DNA of 64,000 nt from an uncultured Candidatus Saccharibacteria bacterium (GTDB taxonomy: Bacteria > Patescibacteriota > Saccharimonadia > Saccharimonadales > JAUPVS01). Below are positions 1 to 12,807 of the stretch, in pieces. Where the stretch lies: NCBI GenBank assembly GCA_964627095.1, contig CAZVKH010000003.1:21248-85247 (forward strand), given 5' to 3'. A program made the translations under genes and the position numbers. The notes beneath the pieces were generated by a model. The model saw only the letters and a list, made by a program, of their open reading frames with translations. It was not told the origin of the DNA and made no database searches. Positions within the stretch are counted from its first letter, which is position 1; each line of letters begins with the position of its first letter.

Positions 1-545
1 TACCGCAGTTTACTTAACATTTCTTTTATGGCCATCTGTCGGTGGCTGATAGCGTTCTTTTCTGCCGGTGACATTTCGGCGAAGGTACGGGTTTGGCCTT
101 CCGGTACAACTACCTGATCAAACCCAAAACCATTAGTACCCCTAGGCTCAACGACGCTAACATGGACTTTGCCGACAGCGTAAATCTTCTTTTTCCCGTC
201 GTAATAACCAATTGTACAAATAATTGTGGCGGCTTCTCCGGGGTTTTTAGCAAGCTGCAAAAGAGCGGTTGGGCCTAAAGCCTTTTCGTAAAACTTAAAG
301 AATGGTCCCGGTAAACCGGCCAGCCCATCTAACCCGACGGAAACATCTTCAACTACTACCGGTACTTTAAGTACATCGTAAGCACGGCTGAGCTTGTCTC
401 CGACAATAGCTTGCAGATCCATAGACTGAATTTCTGGCAGATCAAGTTCGTGCATGACAAACTCGATATCAGAGTTCGCTGGTAAAATGGCCTGCCACTC
501 CTTTAGCTTTCCCGGATTACCAGTAACGAGAGTGATAGTTTTCAT
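1..545 (-). CDS. rdgB: dITP/XTP pyrophosphatase (RdgB/HAM1 family), C-terminus runs off the window
   Basis: Manual translation from the ATG at 545 gives MKTITLVTGNPGKLKEWQAILP...VVVEDVSVGLDGLAGLPGPFFKFY...GFGFDQVVVPEGQTRTFAEMSPAEKNAISHRQMA. This is the typical HAM1/RdgB pattern. It is absent from the ORF track because no stop lies in the window. Confidence 0.7.
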   Translation of the reverse strand, partial: MKTITLVTGNPGKLKEWQAILPANSDIEFVMHELDLPEIQSMDLQAIVGDKLSRAYDVLKVPVVVEDVSVGLDGLAGLPGPFFKFYEKALGPTALLQLAKNPGEAATIICTIGYYDGKKKIYAVGKVHVSVVEPRGTNGFGFDQVVVPEGQTRTFAEMSPAEKNAISHRQMAIKEMLSKLR

Positions 546-2471
546 TTAATTAAGAACGGCTTTAATGCGACGAATGCCGGCTGAGCTAGCTTCTTCTTTA
601 AGAATCTTGAACTTCTTGCCGTCTTCAAACAGTTGCAAGGTGTGGTCGACATGCGGACCGCCACAGATTTCAAAACTGAAGGGCTTTTTGGCGCCATCGG
701 CAATCATCTTATAAACTTTGACATTGTCGCCATAACGATCACCAAACTGGCCAAGCGCACCCTTTTCTTCGATAGCTACTTTGGTAGGGAATTCTTCGAA
801 GCTAACTTTTAGGTCTTGGCCAATCTGTTCATTGACGATTTTTTCGACTTCGTCAAGTTGCTCACGGGTAACTTTTTCGGGATGAGAAAAGTCAAAGCGC
901 AGACGCTCTTCGGTAATGTTTGAACCGCGCTGAATCACATGGTCACCCAGAACATCACGTAGCGCCTGATACATCAAGTGGGTAGCAGTGTGGTACTTCT
1001 TGTGCTGCATGGTCTGGCCACCCAACCCACCCTTGAAAGTTCCCTTGGTGGCCGTTTGCGAACGTTGGCGCTGTTCTTGCATCTTGGAATCAAATTCTTT
1101 GCGCCAATCTTTGGATAATTCAATGTTTTGCCTGAAAGCCTCTTCGGTACTAAGCTCTACCGGGAAACCGTACGTGTCGTATAGGGTAAAAAGAAAATCG
1201 CCTTTCATTACAAAAGTATTTTTCTTTTCAACAACATTAAATACATCTGCAAGCTCCAATGCCTTTTCAAATTCTCGGAGGCCTTTGCGCAGTGTCTGTC
1301 GGAATATTTTCTCTTCCCTCACAAGAACCTCAATAACTTGGTCGCGCTGCTTGGCGACTTCTGGGTAGTCGTCGTGGTAAAGATCGGTGATAACCGGCAC
1401 AAGGTCGTGCAAGAAGTTTTGCTCGACGCCCAGCTCAAAGGCAAATCGAATTGCCCGCCGAACCATTCGGCGCATCACATAGCCCTGTTCCTTATTGCTT
1501 GGCGTAATGCCATCAACAGCTAAGAAAGTGGCGGCTCGCAAGTGATCGGCAATGACGCGCATGGCATTGGTGTGTGTGCCATAGTCTTTACCCGAAATCT
1601 TTTCGAGCTTCTCGATAATTGGCCACATAATACTGATTTTAAAGACGTCCGGGCTATCAATAGCTGCGGCTGCGATGCGTTCTAAACCACCGCCAAAGTC
1701 AACATTCTGCTTCTTTAAGGGTTCGAAGCCTTTTTGGGTACGCAGATATTGCATGAACACTTGGTTGCCGATTTCCATGAATTGGCCGGAGTCACTAGCG
1801 GGGTGGGCTTTGCCAAAGCCAGCGGCGTGATTTTGGGGACCAAAGTCATAAAAAACTTCGCTGTCTGGGCCACACGGGTCACCGACTGGCGTTTTGTCTA
1901 AGCCACCGGCCCGGCTCCACCAGTTTTCGCCATCATCATAAAAGAAGATGCGTTCACCCGGATTTATGCCGCGTTTATCGCCATCGGCCTGCGAACCAAC
2001 TTCGGCAATCTTGGCATCTATTCCCTTTTCTTTAAAAAGCTTCTGCCAGATTTGAGCCGCTTCGTCGTCACGCGGAATGGCGTGCTCTTTACTACCGATA
2101 AAACAGGTGACATAAATTTTTTGCGGGTCAAGCCCGACAACATCAACCAAGAATTCAAAGAACCAACGAATTTGATCTTCTTTAAAGTAATCGCCCAAAC
2201 TCCAGTTACCTAGCATTTCAAAAAAAGTCGTATGACGATTGTCGCCAACTTCATCGATGTCTTGAGAGCGTAAACAAGTTTGGCTGTTTACTAGCTTTGT
2301 ACCGCCCTGGTGTGATTCGCCCAGCAAATACGGAATGAGCGGTTGCATGCCCGAACCGGTAAATAATGTCGTCGGGTCGTTTTGCGGCACCAAAAGGGCG
2401 CGCGGGATCACCACGTGGCCACGATCCTTGAAGAATTGCAGGTAGGCTTGGCGAATTTGTTGGGCATTCAT
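546..2471 (-). CDS. alaS: Alanine--tRNA ligase, short form ending right after the editing domain
   Basis: MNAQQIRQAYLQFFKDRGH N-terminus and class II core motifs. Editing-domain metal motifs HTATHLM and CGGPHV are present. The ATG at 2471 (M20 of the ORF) fits the conserved N-terminus better than 2528. Confidence 0.9.
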   Translation of the reverse strand: MNAQQIRQAYLQFFKDRGHVVIPRALLVPQNDPTTLFTGSGMQPLIPYLLGESHQGGTKLVNSQTCLRSQDIDEVGDNRHTTFFEMLGNWSLGDYFKEDQIRWFFEFLVDVVGLDPQKIYVTCFIGSKEHAIPRDDEAAQIWQKLFKEKGIDAKIAEVGSQADGDKRGINPGERIFFYDDGENWWSRAGGLDKTPVGDPCGPDSEVFYDFGPQNHAAGFGKAHPASDSGQFMEIGNQVFMQYLRTQKGFEPLKKQNVDFGGGLERIAAAAIDSPDVFKISIMWPIIEKLEKISGKDYGTHTNAMRVIADHLRAATFLAVDGITPSNKEQGYVMRRMVRRAIRFAFELGVEQNFLHDLVPVITDLYHDDYPEVAKQRDQVIEVLVREEKIFRQTLRKGLREFEKALELADVFNVVEKKNTFVMKGDFLFTLYDTYGFPVELSTEEAFRQNIELSKDWRKEFDSKMQEQRQRSQTATKGTFKGGLGGQTMQHKKYHTATHLMYQALRDVLGDHVIQRGSNITEERLRFDFSHPEKVTREQLDEVEKIVNEQIGQDLKVSFEEFPTKVAIEEKGALGQFGDRYGDNVKVYKMIADGAKKPFSFEICGGPHVDHTLQLFEDGKKFKILKEEASSAGIRRIKAVLN

Positions 2472-2526
2472 ATCTGTTAGAGTATACCAGATTGTTGACA
2501 AACAGTAAGCCCGGAGTCTTAAATAC

Positions 2527-4083
2527 ATGGAACGTAATCACGGAGGGCTTGTGGAACATCCAGACTGGCGACGACATCTGGCACCCGTGGCATTTGTAGC
2601 CGCTGGCACGGCCGTTGGCGCTAGTGCCGGTGCTGTTTACGCCGCTTCCAGCCCGACGCCGGTCGAAGCCGGCCCCCACCAAGCCACTGTTGAGCTTAAC
2701 AGCACTGGTATGTATAAGATTGACTTTGGCATGATCGGCTCTATAACCATGCCGAGCGAACAGGGTCCGATTGGCGCCGAGTTAGATATTTTAGATGTTC
2801 CGGCCGAAGACACGACAGCCGAACCATTTGACTACGAGCACCTGGCGACCCAGTACAAGCAATTGTTTGCCAACCCCGACCACGTTTTTAGTCGCATGCA
2901 AGAAAATGTCAGAAACCAAGTAGAACAAGGTGCATCAAAAGGGGCTGCCCTAGGCTTAGTGCTAGCCATGTCCGGCCTGATTGCCGTCAAGTCCATGAGT
3001 ACCGAAAAGCAGCAGGCCCTACGCACCCTGCTAGTACCTGAAGGCCCTCACCCCGCCTTGCGCAAGGTCGTAACGGCTGGTGGCTTGGCGGGGATCTGTG
3101 CCCTGCTGGTTGCGCCCGACATCCCCAATGCCTCGGCTGATAGCCCAAGCGAACCAGTGGCGGCTTTTGCTGGCACACCGTTTGAAGGCGCAACGGTGCA
3201 TGGCCTTTACTTACGAAGTATTATCGACGAGGTTGCCCCCGAGGTAATTGACTTTATTGAAGATACCGACGGCTTTTACGAGCAAGCTCAAGCCAACTTT
3301 GAAGAGGCCTTTAATAACCGTCCGTCACTAGACAAGGACGAAGCTGTCAGACGCGTGATGATAGTTAGCGACATCCACTGCAACATTGGCATCAGCCGCG
3401 TTTACGGGGCGGTGGCTCGACGTTTTGCTGTTGGCGCTGTAATCGACGCCGGCGACGCCACCATGAGTGGCACACCAGTCGAAGAAGAGTGTATCGCCAA
3501 TGAGGCCGATGCCCTGGGCGATACCCCGCGTTTTATTACCTTGGGCAATCACGACAGCCCACAGGTTACCGGCGAGCAAGCTCGCAATCACAACTTTATG
3601 GTCGCCAATGGTGAGATGCAGGAATTCGCTGGGTTTACAGTTCTGGGAGCCAGCGATCCGCGCCGGAGCCGCTTTGGGGCGCCCGACATCCACAACAACG
3701 ACCAGCGCCTAGTCGAACAAGGCAAGACAATCAAAGAAACCGCCTGCGTTACCGAGCCAGATATTGTCGTCATGCACGACCCGAAAGCCGGCCAACCAAC
3801 CGCTGAAGCCCATTGCGCTAACCTGACTATTTCCGGACATGTTCACGAACAAGCTGAGCCAGAGGTATACCAAGACGGCTTAGGCAATGCCAATTATCAC
3901 TTTGTTCAAGGTACCACCGGTGGCGCCAAAGAAGACAGCTTAGTGCTCGGCGCCCTAAACGATCCGGCCGTGATGAGCGTCTTCGAGTTTGGCGATAACA
4001 ATAAACCTCTGGGCCGTTACGACATAACTGTTAATACTGATTCTTCTGTAAAAATCAGTCAGTTTATTCCCCTGCCCCGTTAG
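2527..4083 (+). CDS. Membrane-anchored calcineurin-like metallophosphoesterase
   Basis: Ordered motifs SDIHCN, DAGDATMSG, LGNHD, VMHDP and SGHVHE. The N-terminal segment is hydrophobic. The exact start is uncertain. Confidence 0.7.
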   Translation: MERNHGGLVEHPDWRRHLAPVAFVAAGTAVGASAGAVYAASSPTPVEAGPHQATVELNSTGMYKIDFGMIGSITMPSEQGPIGAELDILDVPAEDTTAEPFDYEHLATQYKQLFANPDHVFSRMQENVRNQVEQGASKGAALGLVLAMSGLIAVKSMSTEKQQALRTLLVPEGPHPALRKVVTAGGLAGICALLVAPDIPNASADSPSEPVAAFAGTPFEGATVHGLYLRSIIDEVAPEVIDFIEDTDGFYEQAQANFEEAFNNRPSLDKDEAVRRVMIVSDIHCNIGISRVYGAVARRFAVGAVIDAGDATMSGTPVEEECIANEADALGDTPRFITLGNHDSPQVTGEQARNHNFMVANGEMQEFAGFTVLGASDPRRSRFGAPDIHNNDQRLVEQGKTIKETACVTEPDIVVMHDPKAGQPTAEAHCANLTISGHVHEQAEPEVYQDGLGNANYHFVQGTTGGAKEDSLVLGALNDPAVMSVFEFGDNNKPLGRYDITVNTDSSVKISQFIPLPR

Positions 4084-5129
4084 ACTATAATGCCGCCGCC
4101 CACAACTTGTTCACCGCTGTAAAAGACGGCCGACTGACCGGCCGTAATAGCCCGAGCTTCGTCTTGCATAATAACTTTTAGTGGCTTACCAGACTGTAAG
4201 GTGCATTGCACTAAGGGCGCCCGGTAACGGGTGCGCACCTGTAGGTTATCTGCCGCGTTTGGCGCACCGTTAATCCAGTGCACATCAACTAAATTAAGCT
4301 GCTTGTGCCATAGCTTGGCATCATCAAGATTAGTCGTTACGTAAACCTCGTTTAAGTCCATGTCCTTGCCAACTACGTAGTAGGGCATGCCACCGCCAAC
4401 ATTCAGCCCGTGCCGCTGCCCAATGGTATAAAAAATTGCGCCGTCGTGGCTACCCACGACATGTCCGGCTTGATCCTTGATTTGGCCGGGTTTTTGGGCG
4501 CCAAGTTCGTGCAATAAGAATTCTTTAATCCCAACCTTACCCACAAAGCAAATACCTTGGCTGTCTTTTTTGTTAGCCGTCACCAAACCAAACTTCTTGG
4601 CTAGGGCGCGCACCTCGTCTTTGGTTTTAAACTCACCAATTGGCATCAAGGTTTTCTTAAGAGCATCGCTGGTAACTCGGTACAAAAAGTAGGTCTGGTC
4701 TTTGTCGATATTGCGAGCCGTTAGGAGTTGGCCGTCTTTAACGCGGGCATAGTGACCAGTAGCAATTAAATCAGCCCCGTCCGCCAAAGCAGTATCTAAG
4801 AATAGTTTGAACTTAACCTCTTGATTGCACATGATGTCGGGGTTAGGCGTGCGGCCAGCTTGATATTCGGCCACCATGTAGTCAACGACTTTTTGGCGAT
4901 ATTCCTTTTGGAAGTCATACATTTTGAAAGGTATGCCTAGCTGTACGGCAACGCGTTTGGCATCTTGGTAGTCCTCTTTCCAGGGGCAGGCAAAACCAGG
5001 CAAATCTTGGCTCCAGTTCTTCATGTAGACACCAACTACCTCGTAGCCCTGCTCCATTAGCAAAGCCGCCGTGACCGAACTATCGACACCGCCACTCAGG
5101 CCCACATAAACTATCTGCTTCTTTGCCAT
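4080..5129 (-). CDS. mnmA: tRNA-specific 2-thiouridylase MnmA
   Basis: PP-loop VGLSGGVDSSV and typical MnmA length and motifs (GHYAR, CFV). Confidence 0.9.
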   Translation of the reverse strand: MAKKQIVYVGLSGGVDSSVTAALLMEQGYEVVGVYMKNWSQDLPGFACPWKEDYQDAKRVAVQLGIPFKMYDFQKEYRQKVVDYMVAEYQAGRTPNPDIMCNQEVKFKLFLDTALADGADLIATGHYARVKDGQLLTARNIDKDQTYFLYRVTSDALKKTLMPIGEFKTKDEVRALAKKFGLVTANKKDSQGICFVGKVGIKEFLLHELGAQKPGQIKDQAGHVVGSHDGAIFYTIGQRHGLNVGGGMPYYVVGKDMDLNEVYVTTNLDDAKLWHKQLNLVDVHWINGAPNAADNLQVRTRYRAPLVQCTLQSGKPLKVIMQDEARAITAGQSAVFYSGEQVVGGGIIV

Positions 5130-5161
5130 ATCTTTTGTATTATAGCAAATTTACCCCTGTT

Positions 5162-5473
5162 TTACACGTCTAAAAAGACAATCACTTGGTCAGCCTTAAC
5201 ATGCATCATACCCTTGGCGATCTTAATACTGCGCTTTTCGCGATCAGTCTGAATAGTAATATTGCCGGCATTTAATAAGGTAATGAAGTTGTGATGCTTG
5301 GGCAATATGTCGAATGGCCCAGTGTCGTTCACGGCCGAGACGCTAATGGCCGGGTCATCAAAGTAAGTCTGAAAAGGGGAGTAAACCTTAACATGCATGG
5401 TCGGCTTAGTACTCTTGGCAGTAGTCCCGTCATCAACAATCTTTCCAGTGCTAGCGTCTTGGCGTTTTACCAT
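5162..5473 (-). CDS. atpC: F1 ATP synthase epsilon subunit, short (beta-sandwich only)
   Basis: Sits directly after atpD. The small protein carries the DILPKHHNFITLL signature region. An AGGA lies upstream of the ATG at 5473. Confidence 0.65.
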   Translation of the reverse strand: MVKRQDASTGKIVDDGTTAKSTKPTMHVKVYSPFQTYFDDPAISVSAVNDTGPFDILPKHHNFITLLNAGNITIQTDREKRSIKIAKGMMHVKADQVIVFLDV

Positions 5474-5480
5474 AGGATTC

Positions 5481-7632
<2,152 letters not shown>

Positions 7633-7636
<4 letters not shown>

Positions 7637-9069
7637 CGCTTCAACTCCAATAAGCTCTTTTGCTTCAAAGCCGCTCGGGCTGATTGGTAGGTTTTTTCAT
7701 CCTTAACAGTTACCGCATAGGTAGATACAGAAACTTTTAGCGCGTTAATGTCGAGTAGTTCGTTATCACCCAGATTCAATACTATATCAAGCATCAGCTG
7801 CTGGCTCATAACCGAGAAAGTCTCACCCGGAGCCTGGGTAAGTAGTTCGCGCAGCCTTTTTCCGGTCGCTAAATCGCGCTTGGCTTCTAGTGCCAATTCG
7901 GTACCAAAACGAGAAAATTCTTCGGCTTGCCGAAAGGCTGCCAAAATCTGGAAAGTCTGTGCCGCCAGTTGTTTTTGCAACTTACTATGTCCCCGGCCAC
8001 CGACCCGCGTGACACTCAAACCGGTACTCAAAGCTGGGCGGATAGAATTACGGAATATGTCCATATCAAGTACCCATTGCCCGTCGGTGATGGACATCAA
8101 GTTGGTCGGCAAAAAAGCCGTAATGTCACCACCGCTGGCCAGTACAATCGGCAGAGATGTCAGAGTTTTATGGGTGCTAGCCAGCCGACCGGCACGTTCT
8201 AGCAGGCTAGAGTGGGCATAGAACATATCACCCGGGTAAGAGTCACGGCCAGGACTAGTCCCAGACAGTAGCGAGATTTCGCGGTAAGCTTGGGCGTGGC
8301 TGGTCAGGTCATCGTAGATAATCGCCACGTCACGCTGTTCTTTTTGCCATAAATATTCGGCCATGGCACAACCAACATACGGTGCCAAGTAGCTGGTAAT
8401 AAGTGACTCGAACGAATTCGATACTACAACAATGGTGTTCTTGAGCGAATCATTCTCTTTTAAGCGAACAAGTAGAGCATCAACGTCACTACTGCGTTTT
8501 GAAATGAGCACGTAGACCACAATAATGTCGGTGTTCTTTTGGTTAAGCGTAAGTTGAGTCGCCAGGGTCGACTTGCCACTTTTACTGTCGCCAATAATTG
8601 CTAAACGCTGCCCGCGCACAATTGGGAAAAGCGAGTCAATTACCACCACGCCACTTTCTAGCTGATCGTTTAGCATTTCTCTTTCGTACAACATGGGGGC
8701 TTCATTAAAAACTGGCCACACGGCATCGGCCGCAATTGGCCCTTTACCATCAAGCGGCTCGCCACTAACCGAAACAACTCTACCAATAAAATCCTTACCG
8801 ACCTTAGACACGAGGTCGTCGTGTTGAACAACAGCCAAAACGCCTAGGCCAACTTGGTGCTGACCAAGATGCAAGACTACTACATGGTCTTCGTAAATAT
8901 GGTGCACAAAGCCCTTGCTGCCATCGTCAAACATTATTAGCGAATGGACGCTTACTGGGTGCAGACCTTTGACGCGCACCAAGAACTGATCCACGGCAAT
9001 CACCTCGCCAACCGGCTTACCTTGTTTGACTAGCTGGTCAAAATGGCGACTAATTTGTGTCTCAGGCAT
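7633..9069 (-). CDS. atpA: F1 ATP synthase alpha subunit (divergent P-loop)
   Basis: The alpha-type fold order is kept. The P-loop is GDSKSGKST, followed by [16 protein letters not shown] and PGRDSYPGD. Confidence 0.9.
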
Positions 9070-9565
9070 GCCGCACTTCCCTGATTCGTTTTAGCAGCTC
9101 GGGTTTTGAAGTAACTAATCGCTGTCGAATACTACAGTCAATTATGTTGTTGGTGGTACGAATAATACAACCGGCCGCAATAGTGGGCTGTAAACCAATA
9201 TCCAAGACCAACAAGGGGTGGATTTCTTTTCTAAGCCAAGTGATCAATTTGTTGGTAAAAATACCCGACGGCTCAGAGGCAAAGCTCATATGCAGGCGCG
9301 GCGCATTAACTTTTAGGTCACTCAAGAAATTGTAGAGACGCTTGCGGTCGGCTTCTTTTTGCAGGTCAACCCGATTGGCTTGCAAAAGCTCGCTTAAATG
9401 GTCGCTCACCGCTGGCAAAGCTTTGGTGCCATGGCCATTTTTTTGCTGTGCAATAATGTCGCCTAAAGCCTCTAGTTCGCGCGCCGTCCGAATAATATCA
9501 ACCTGGCTAACCACTGTGCTGGGGAGTACTAAGCTAGTTCGATCATTAACTGGTTCAGGCGCCAT
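9062..9565 (-). CDS. atpH: F1 ATP synthase delta (OSCP) subunit
   Basis: Operon position and a C-terminal OSCP-like segment [26 protein letters not shown]. Confidence 0.7.
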   Translation of the reverse strand: MAPEPVNDRTSLVLPSTVVSQVDIIRTARELEALGDIIAQQKNGHGTKALPAVSDHLSELLQANRVDLQKEADRKRLYNFLSDLKVNAPRLHMSFASEPSGIFTNKLITWLRKEIHPLLVLDIGLQPTIAAGCIIRTTNNIIDCSIRQRLVTSKPELLKRIREVRHA

Positions 9566-10175
9566 TTTTGATATCCTCGAGGATGGCCTGTTTATTGGCT
9601 TCTAGATCACCAATGATGTATTCTAGCTGATCATTCAAATCAATCTGCTCACCAATCGCCAGCATAATATAGTGGTTAACGATATCGGCCATATTCTTCT
9701 CGAAGTGTTCGACCAACTGCTCTTTGGCAGCATCGGCTTGCTGCTTGAGCTGGTCAGTCAGGATTTTACGCTGCTCCTCAATGGCTCCCTGAGTTTTATT
9801 TATCGAGTCGGTGGCCAACTTTTTGGCGTCAGCAATCGACTGCTCATACTTGGCAAACTCTTCTGTAAGAGTTCGTTTAATCTCCTGCTTCATGTAATCG
9901 TTAACTTGAGACGCCGTTATGCGCAAATCTTGCTGCAGGAACATAGCATTTTCGTTAATTATTTGCTCGAAGTGCAATAAGCCCCGGTTGCGGAGCTCTT
10001 GGCGAAAAGCATCATTAAAAATATGCTCGACGTCTTTTTCGGCAGTTTCACTAAAAGCTTTTTCGCGGGCACCAGCGGTTTTCTTTTGGCTCTGACTAAG
10101 CTTTATAGCCAACCACACAATAATACTCAGCAGTACTAGTGCTATCCCCAACCCAAATATCAGCCAAATTCCCAC
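9555..10175 (-). CDS. atpF: Fo ATP synthase b subunit
   Basis: A single N-terminal TM helix followed by a long charged helix. It sits upstream of atpH. Confidence 0.6.
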   Translation of the reverse strand: MGIWLIFGLGIALVLLSIIVWLAIKLSQSQKKTAGAREKAFSETAEKDVEHIFNDAFRQELRNRGLLHFEQIINENAMFLQQDLRITASQVNDYMKQEIKRTLTEEFAKYEQSIADAKKLATDSINKTQGAIEEQRKILTDQLKQQADAAKEQLVEHFEKNMADIVNHYIMLAIGEQIDLNDQLEYIIGDLEANKQAILEDIKNGA

Positions 10176-10235
10176 GGTGTAAGTTGCCCACCTTGCTTAT
10201 GTTTATAGCTTCCCTGTTACTATACTCTAAAATGT

Positions 10236-11381
10236 CTATTCGGAAAAGCTTTTGACCCCTGAATTTTGGAGTACTTTTAGAACCGTCGCGATATCTCTTT
10301 TGGTAGTAGTGCGACCCAAACTAAAACGTAGCGAACTTTGAGCATCTTTTTGCGACAAACCCATTGCCATCAAAACATGTGACGGTTCGTCATCACTAGC
10401 GGCACAGGCCGACCCAACGGCGCACATAATCCCTTGCTCATCTAGCTCCATCATAAGCCTTTCATTATCCGTGCCCGGGAAAGTGATATGGCTGTTATTG
10501 GGTAGGCGATGTTTACCGCCGTTGACCACAATATTGGCATTAAGAGATTGGAGCGATGTTTCGAAGTCATCGCGTAATTCTTTAAGGCGCTGGCTTTCGT
10601 CGAGGCGAGAGTCTTGGGCTACAGCCAACGCTGTCGCCAAACCAACACAAGCTGCTACATTTTCGGTACCACTTCTTAGACCACGTTCTTGGCCGCCACC
10701 ACGAATATAGGGTTCTAGCTTTAGGCCGGCTTTAAAGTAGAGTGCGCCCGACTGTTTGGGTCCATAAATTTTGCCGCCATTGAGCGTCATTAAATCAACG
10801 CCCAGTCGGCTGACATGTACATCTAAATAGTTGGCGGCCTGGCTGGCATCGGTATGAAAATAAAGTGGTCTAGTTAGGCCGGCTTTTTGGCGGCGTTGAC
10901 GCTCGGCTTGAACTACTTGGGCAATGCGCTTGAGCGGCTGGATTGTACCAGTTTCGTTATTGGCATACATAATGCTTAGTAGCACTGTTTCGCCGTCAAT
11001 TTGCCGTGCCAGGTGATCGAGGTCAATCTGTCCGCCCCCATCTACCGGGACTAGCTCGTGACGGTATTGCTTAGCTGCTTCTAGAATGGCCTTGTGTTCG
11101 GTTGCGCCTACCAGTAATTTGGCATCAGCAAAGTTCTGCATCACACCATGAATGGCTAAATTATCAGCTTCGGTACCACCGGCCGTAAATATAATTTCGG
11201 TCGGTCGGACACCAAGGTAATCGGCAACCTTAGCACGCGCCTCGGCTAACTTTTGAGCGACGGCTTTACCGGCCAAGTAGCTGGCCGATGGGTTATAGAA
11301 CTGGTTTTGCCAGAATGGTTCCATGGCCCTTAAAACCTGGGGCTCTATTGGTGTTGCAGCGGCGTGGTCAAGATAAATCAT
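10236..11381 (-). CDS. Cysteine desulfurase (class V aminotransferase, NifS/IscS-like)
   Basis: MIYLDHAAATP start and the HTDASQA, LNGGKIYGPK (PLP lysine region) and SGTEN motifs. Start alternatives are 11381, 11390 and 11414. Confidence 0.85.
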   Translation of the reverse strand: MIYLDHAAATPIEPQVLRAMEPFWQNQFYNPSASYLAGKAVAQKLAEARAKVADYLGVRPTEIIFTAGGTEADNLAIHGVMQNFADAKLLVGATEHKAILEAAKQYRHELVPVDGGGQIDLDHLARQIDGETVLLSIMYANNETGTIQPLKRIAQVVQAERQRRQKAGLTRPLYFHTDASQAANYLDVHVSRLGVDLMTLNGGKIYGPKQSGALYFKAGLKLEPYIRGGGQERGLRSGTENVAACVGLATALAVAQDSRLDESQRLKELRDDFETSLQSLNANIVVNGGKHRLPNNSHITFPGTDNERLMMELDEQGIMCAVGSACAASDDEPSHVLMAMGLSQKDAQSSLRFSLGRTTTKRDIATVLKVLQNSGVKSFSE

Positions 11382-11736
11382 ACTCGGCATCGATACGTTG
11401 ATTATACAACTCAACTGCCTGGTATAGATTGCGCGCTTCTTCTAGGCCAACATACTGGCTCTGGTGACCATCTTGGACCTTAATTACGCCATTAGGACGC
11501 ACATCGTAGCGCGTGGTCTTAGATTGCTTTTGATTATTGCCATCAACCCACTCTTCGTACCAAATCCAGGTATGCTCATCAAGACAAAAGAACTCGCGGC
11601 GATGACCATTAGGAATTGGACCAAACAATCTACCACCAATTTTAGCCTCACGCCGAATTAGTTCGCGGTACTGCTCGGCCCGGCGGTCAATACTCTTGGA
11701 TTCGTTAAGCGACTTAAGCAGCTTGTGGAAGATCAT
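11368..11736 (-). CDS. Hypothetical protein
   Basis: Same-strand ORF packed tightly between neighbours. No motif recognised. Confidence 0.45.
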   Translation of the reverse strand: MIFHKLLKSLNESKSIDRRAEQYRELIRREAKIGGRLFGPIPNGHRREFFCLDEHTWIWYEEWVDGNNQKQSKTTRYDVRPNGVIKVQDGHQSQYVGLEEARNLYQAVELYNQRIDAEYDLS

Positions 11737-12019
11737 AACTCATATCCTCCTGGCTGCTGGCGGCTGCAACTTCAGCGCGAATGGCGGCTATGCCGGTAAG
11801 TTCATCTTGCACGAATTTCGCTACTACCGGTGCCACCTCGGTAGGAGGAATAGCGGGCACTTCAGTTGTTACCACAACTGGAGCTTCTTCAGTAATTTTT
11901 ACCTGTTCACCAAACCGATGCACAAGGGTGGCACGCGTTGAGTCCGCTGCCTCGTGACGAGTCCAGCGACGTTGCTGCTTTGCTTCTGGATCAATTTGAC
12001 GTTCCTTGTTGATGGACAT
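11714..12019 (-). CDS. Hypothetical protein
   Basis: ORF in the operon context upstream of 11368..11736. No motif recognised. Confidence 0.4.
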   Translation of the reverse strand: MSINKERQIDPEAKQQRRWTRHEAADSTRATLVHRFGEQVKITEEAPVVVTTEVPAIPPTEVAPVVAKFVQDELTGIAAIRAEVAAASSQEDMSYDLPQAA

Positions 12020-12033
12020 GTAATAATTACTTT

Positions 12034-12804
12034 CTAGCTTAGCTTAAATAATTTGGCCGCATTCCGGTTTGTTGCCGCGGCAAAATCCTCAAGAGATTCA
12101 CCTCTCAAGCGACTTAAAAACTCGGCAGACACACGGACATGTTTAGGCTCACACACTTTACCACGAAACGGTGCTGGAGTCAAGAAGGGAGCGTCGGTTT
12201 CGAGCACGATTTTCTCGAGTGGCGCAGCCTTGGCAGCGTCGAGCTGAGCATCATTTTTTGTAAATGTCATAATGCCATTCAAACCCACCAACAAACCTCG
12301 TTCTATAATCTGATCAAGTTCTACTTTTGTAGCACTAAAACTATGAACTACGCCCCGCAAATCTTTAAAGTCATCAAAGATCGGCCAGAAATCCTTAAAA
12401 GCATCGCGCACATGGAAAATCAGCGGTAAGTTGTGTTTCTGGGCAAGTTCAAGCTGAAAGCGTAGTAAGGCCTTTTGGGCGTCTTTAGGTGAGTGATTAT
12501 AGTAATAGTCCAAGCCACATTCACCAATTGCCACCACTTTTGGCTGGGCGGCCAGGGCGGCAAACTTGGCTAGCTGCTTAGTGTCTTTGATGTAATGCTG
12601 GGCTTCGTGTGGGTGCAGACCAATACTGGCCCAGACATTGCCGTGCTTAGCGGCAAAGTCCACTGCCGCTTGACTGTCCTGAAGCGTACAGCCAACCACC
12701 ACCAAACGGTCCACTCCAACCCGTTTAGCATTGGCAATAACCTCTTCGGTATCTAGCGGGTAATCGTCAATATGAATATGGCAGTGGGTGTCGGTAAACT
12801 GCAT
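12034..12804 (-). CDS. tatD: TatD family metal-dependent hydrolase/DNase
   Basis: FTDTHCHI, GLHPHEA, GECGLDY, FHVRDA, HSF and ETDAPFL motifs. Confidence 0.85.
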   Translation of the reverse strand: MQFTDTHCHIHIDDYPLDTEEVIANAKRVGVDRLVVVGCTLQDSQAAVDFAAKHGNVWASIGLHPHEAQHYIKDTKQLAKFAALAAQPKVVAIGECGLDYYYNHSPKDAQKALLRFQLELAQKHNLPLIFHVRDAFKDFWPIFDDFKDLRGVVHSFSATKVELDQIIERGLLVGLNGIMTFTKNDAQLDAAKAAPLEKIVLETDAPFLTPAPFRGKVCEPKHVRVSAEFLSRLRGESLEDFAAATNRNAAKLFKLS

Positions 12805-12807
12805 GAG

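Noticed and set aside
988-1523. Plus-strand ORFs 988..1368 and 1338..1523 inside alaS. Similar antisense ORFs lie inside atpA, atpD, the MFS pump, ksgA, pcrA, pgk, pyk, the T4CP and copB.
   Set aside because: All are embedded antisense in long genes with clear conserved motifs. They have no motifs or RBS of their own and are typical shadow ORFs.
2472-2528. 19-codon N-terminal extension of the alaS ORF
   Set aside because: The conserved AlaRS N-terminus begins at the internal ATG (2471). The extension would also remove any promoter space for the divergent gene.
4080-4083. 4-nt overlap of the convergent stop codons of the phosphoesterase and mnmA genes
   Set aside because: This reflects compact genome packing and shows no regulatory structure.
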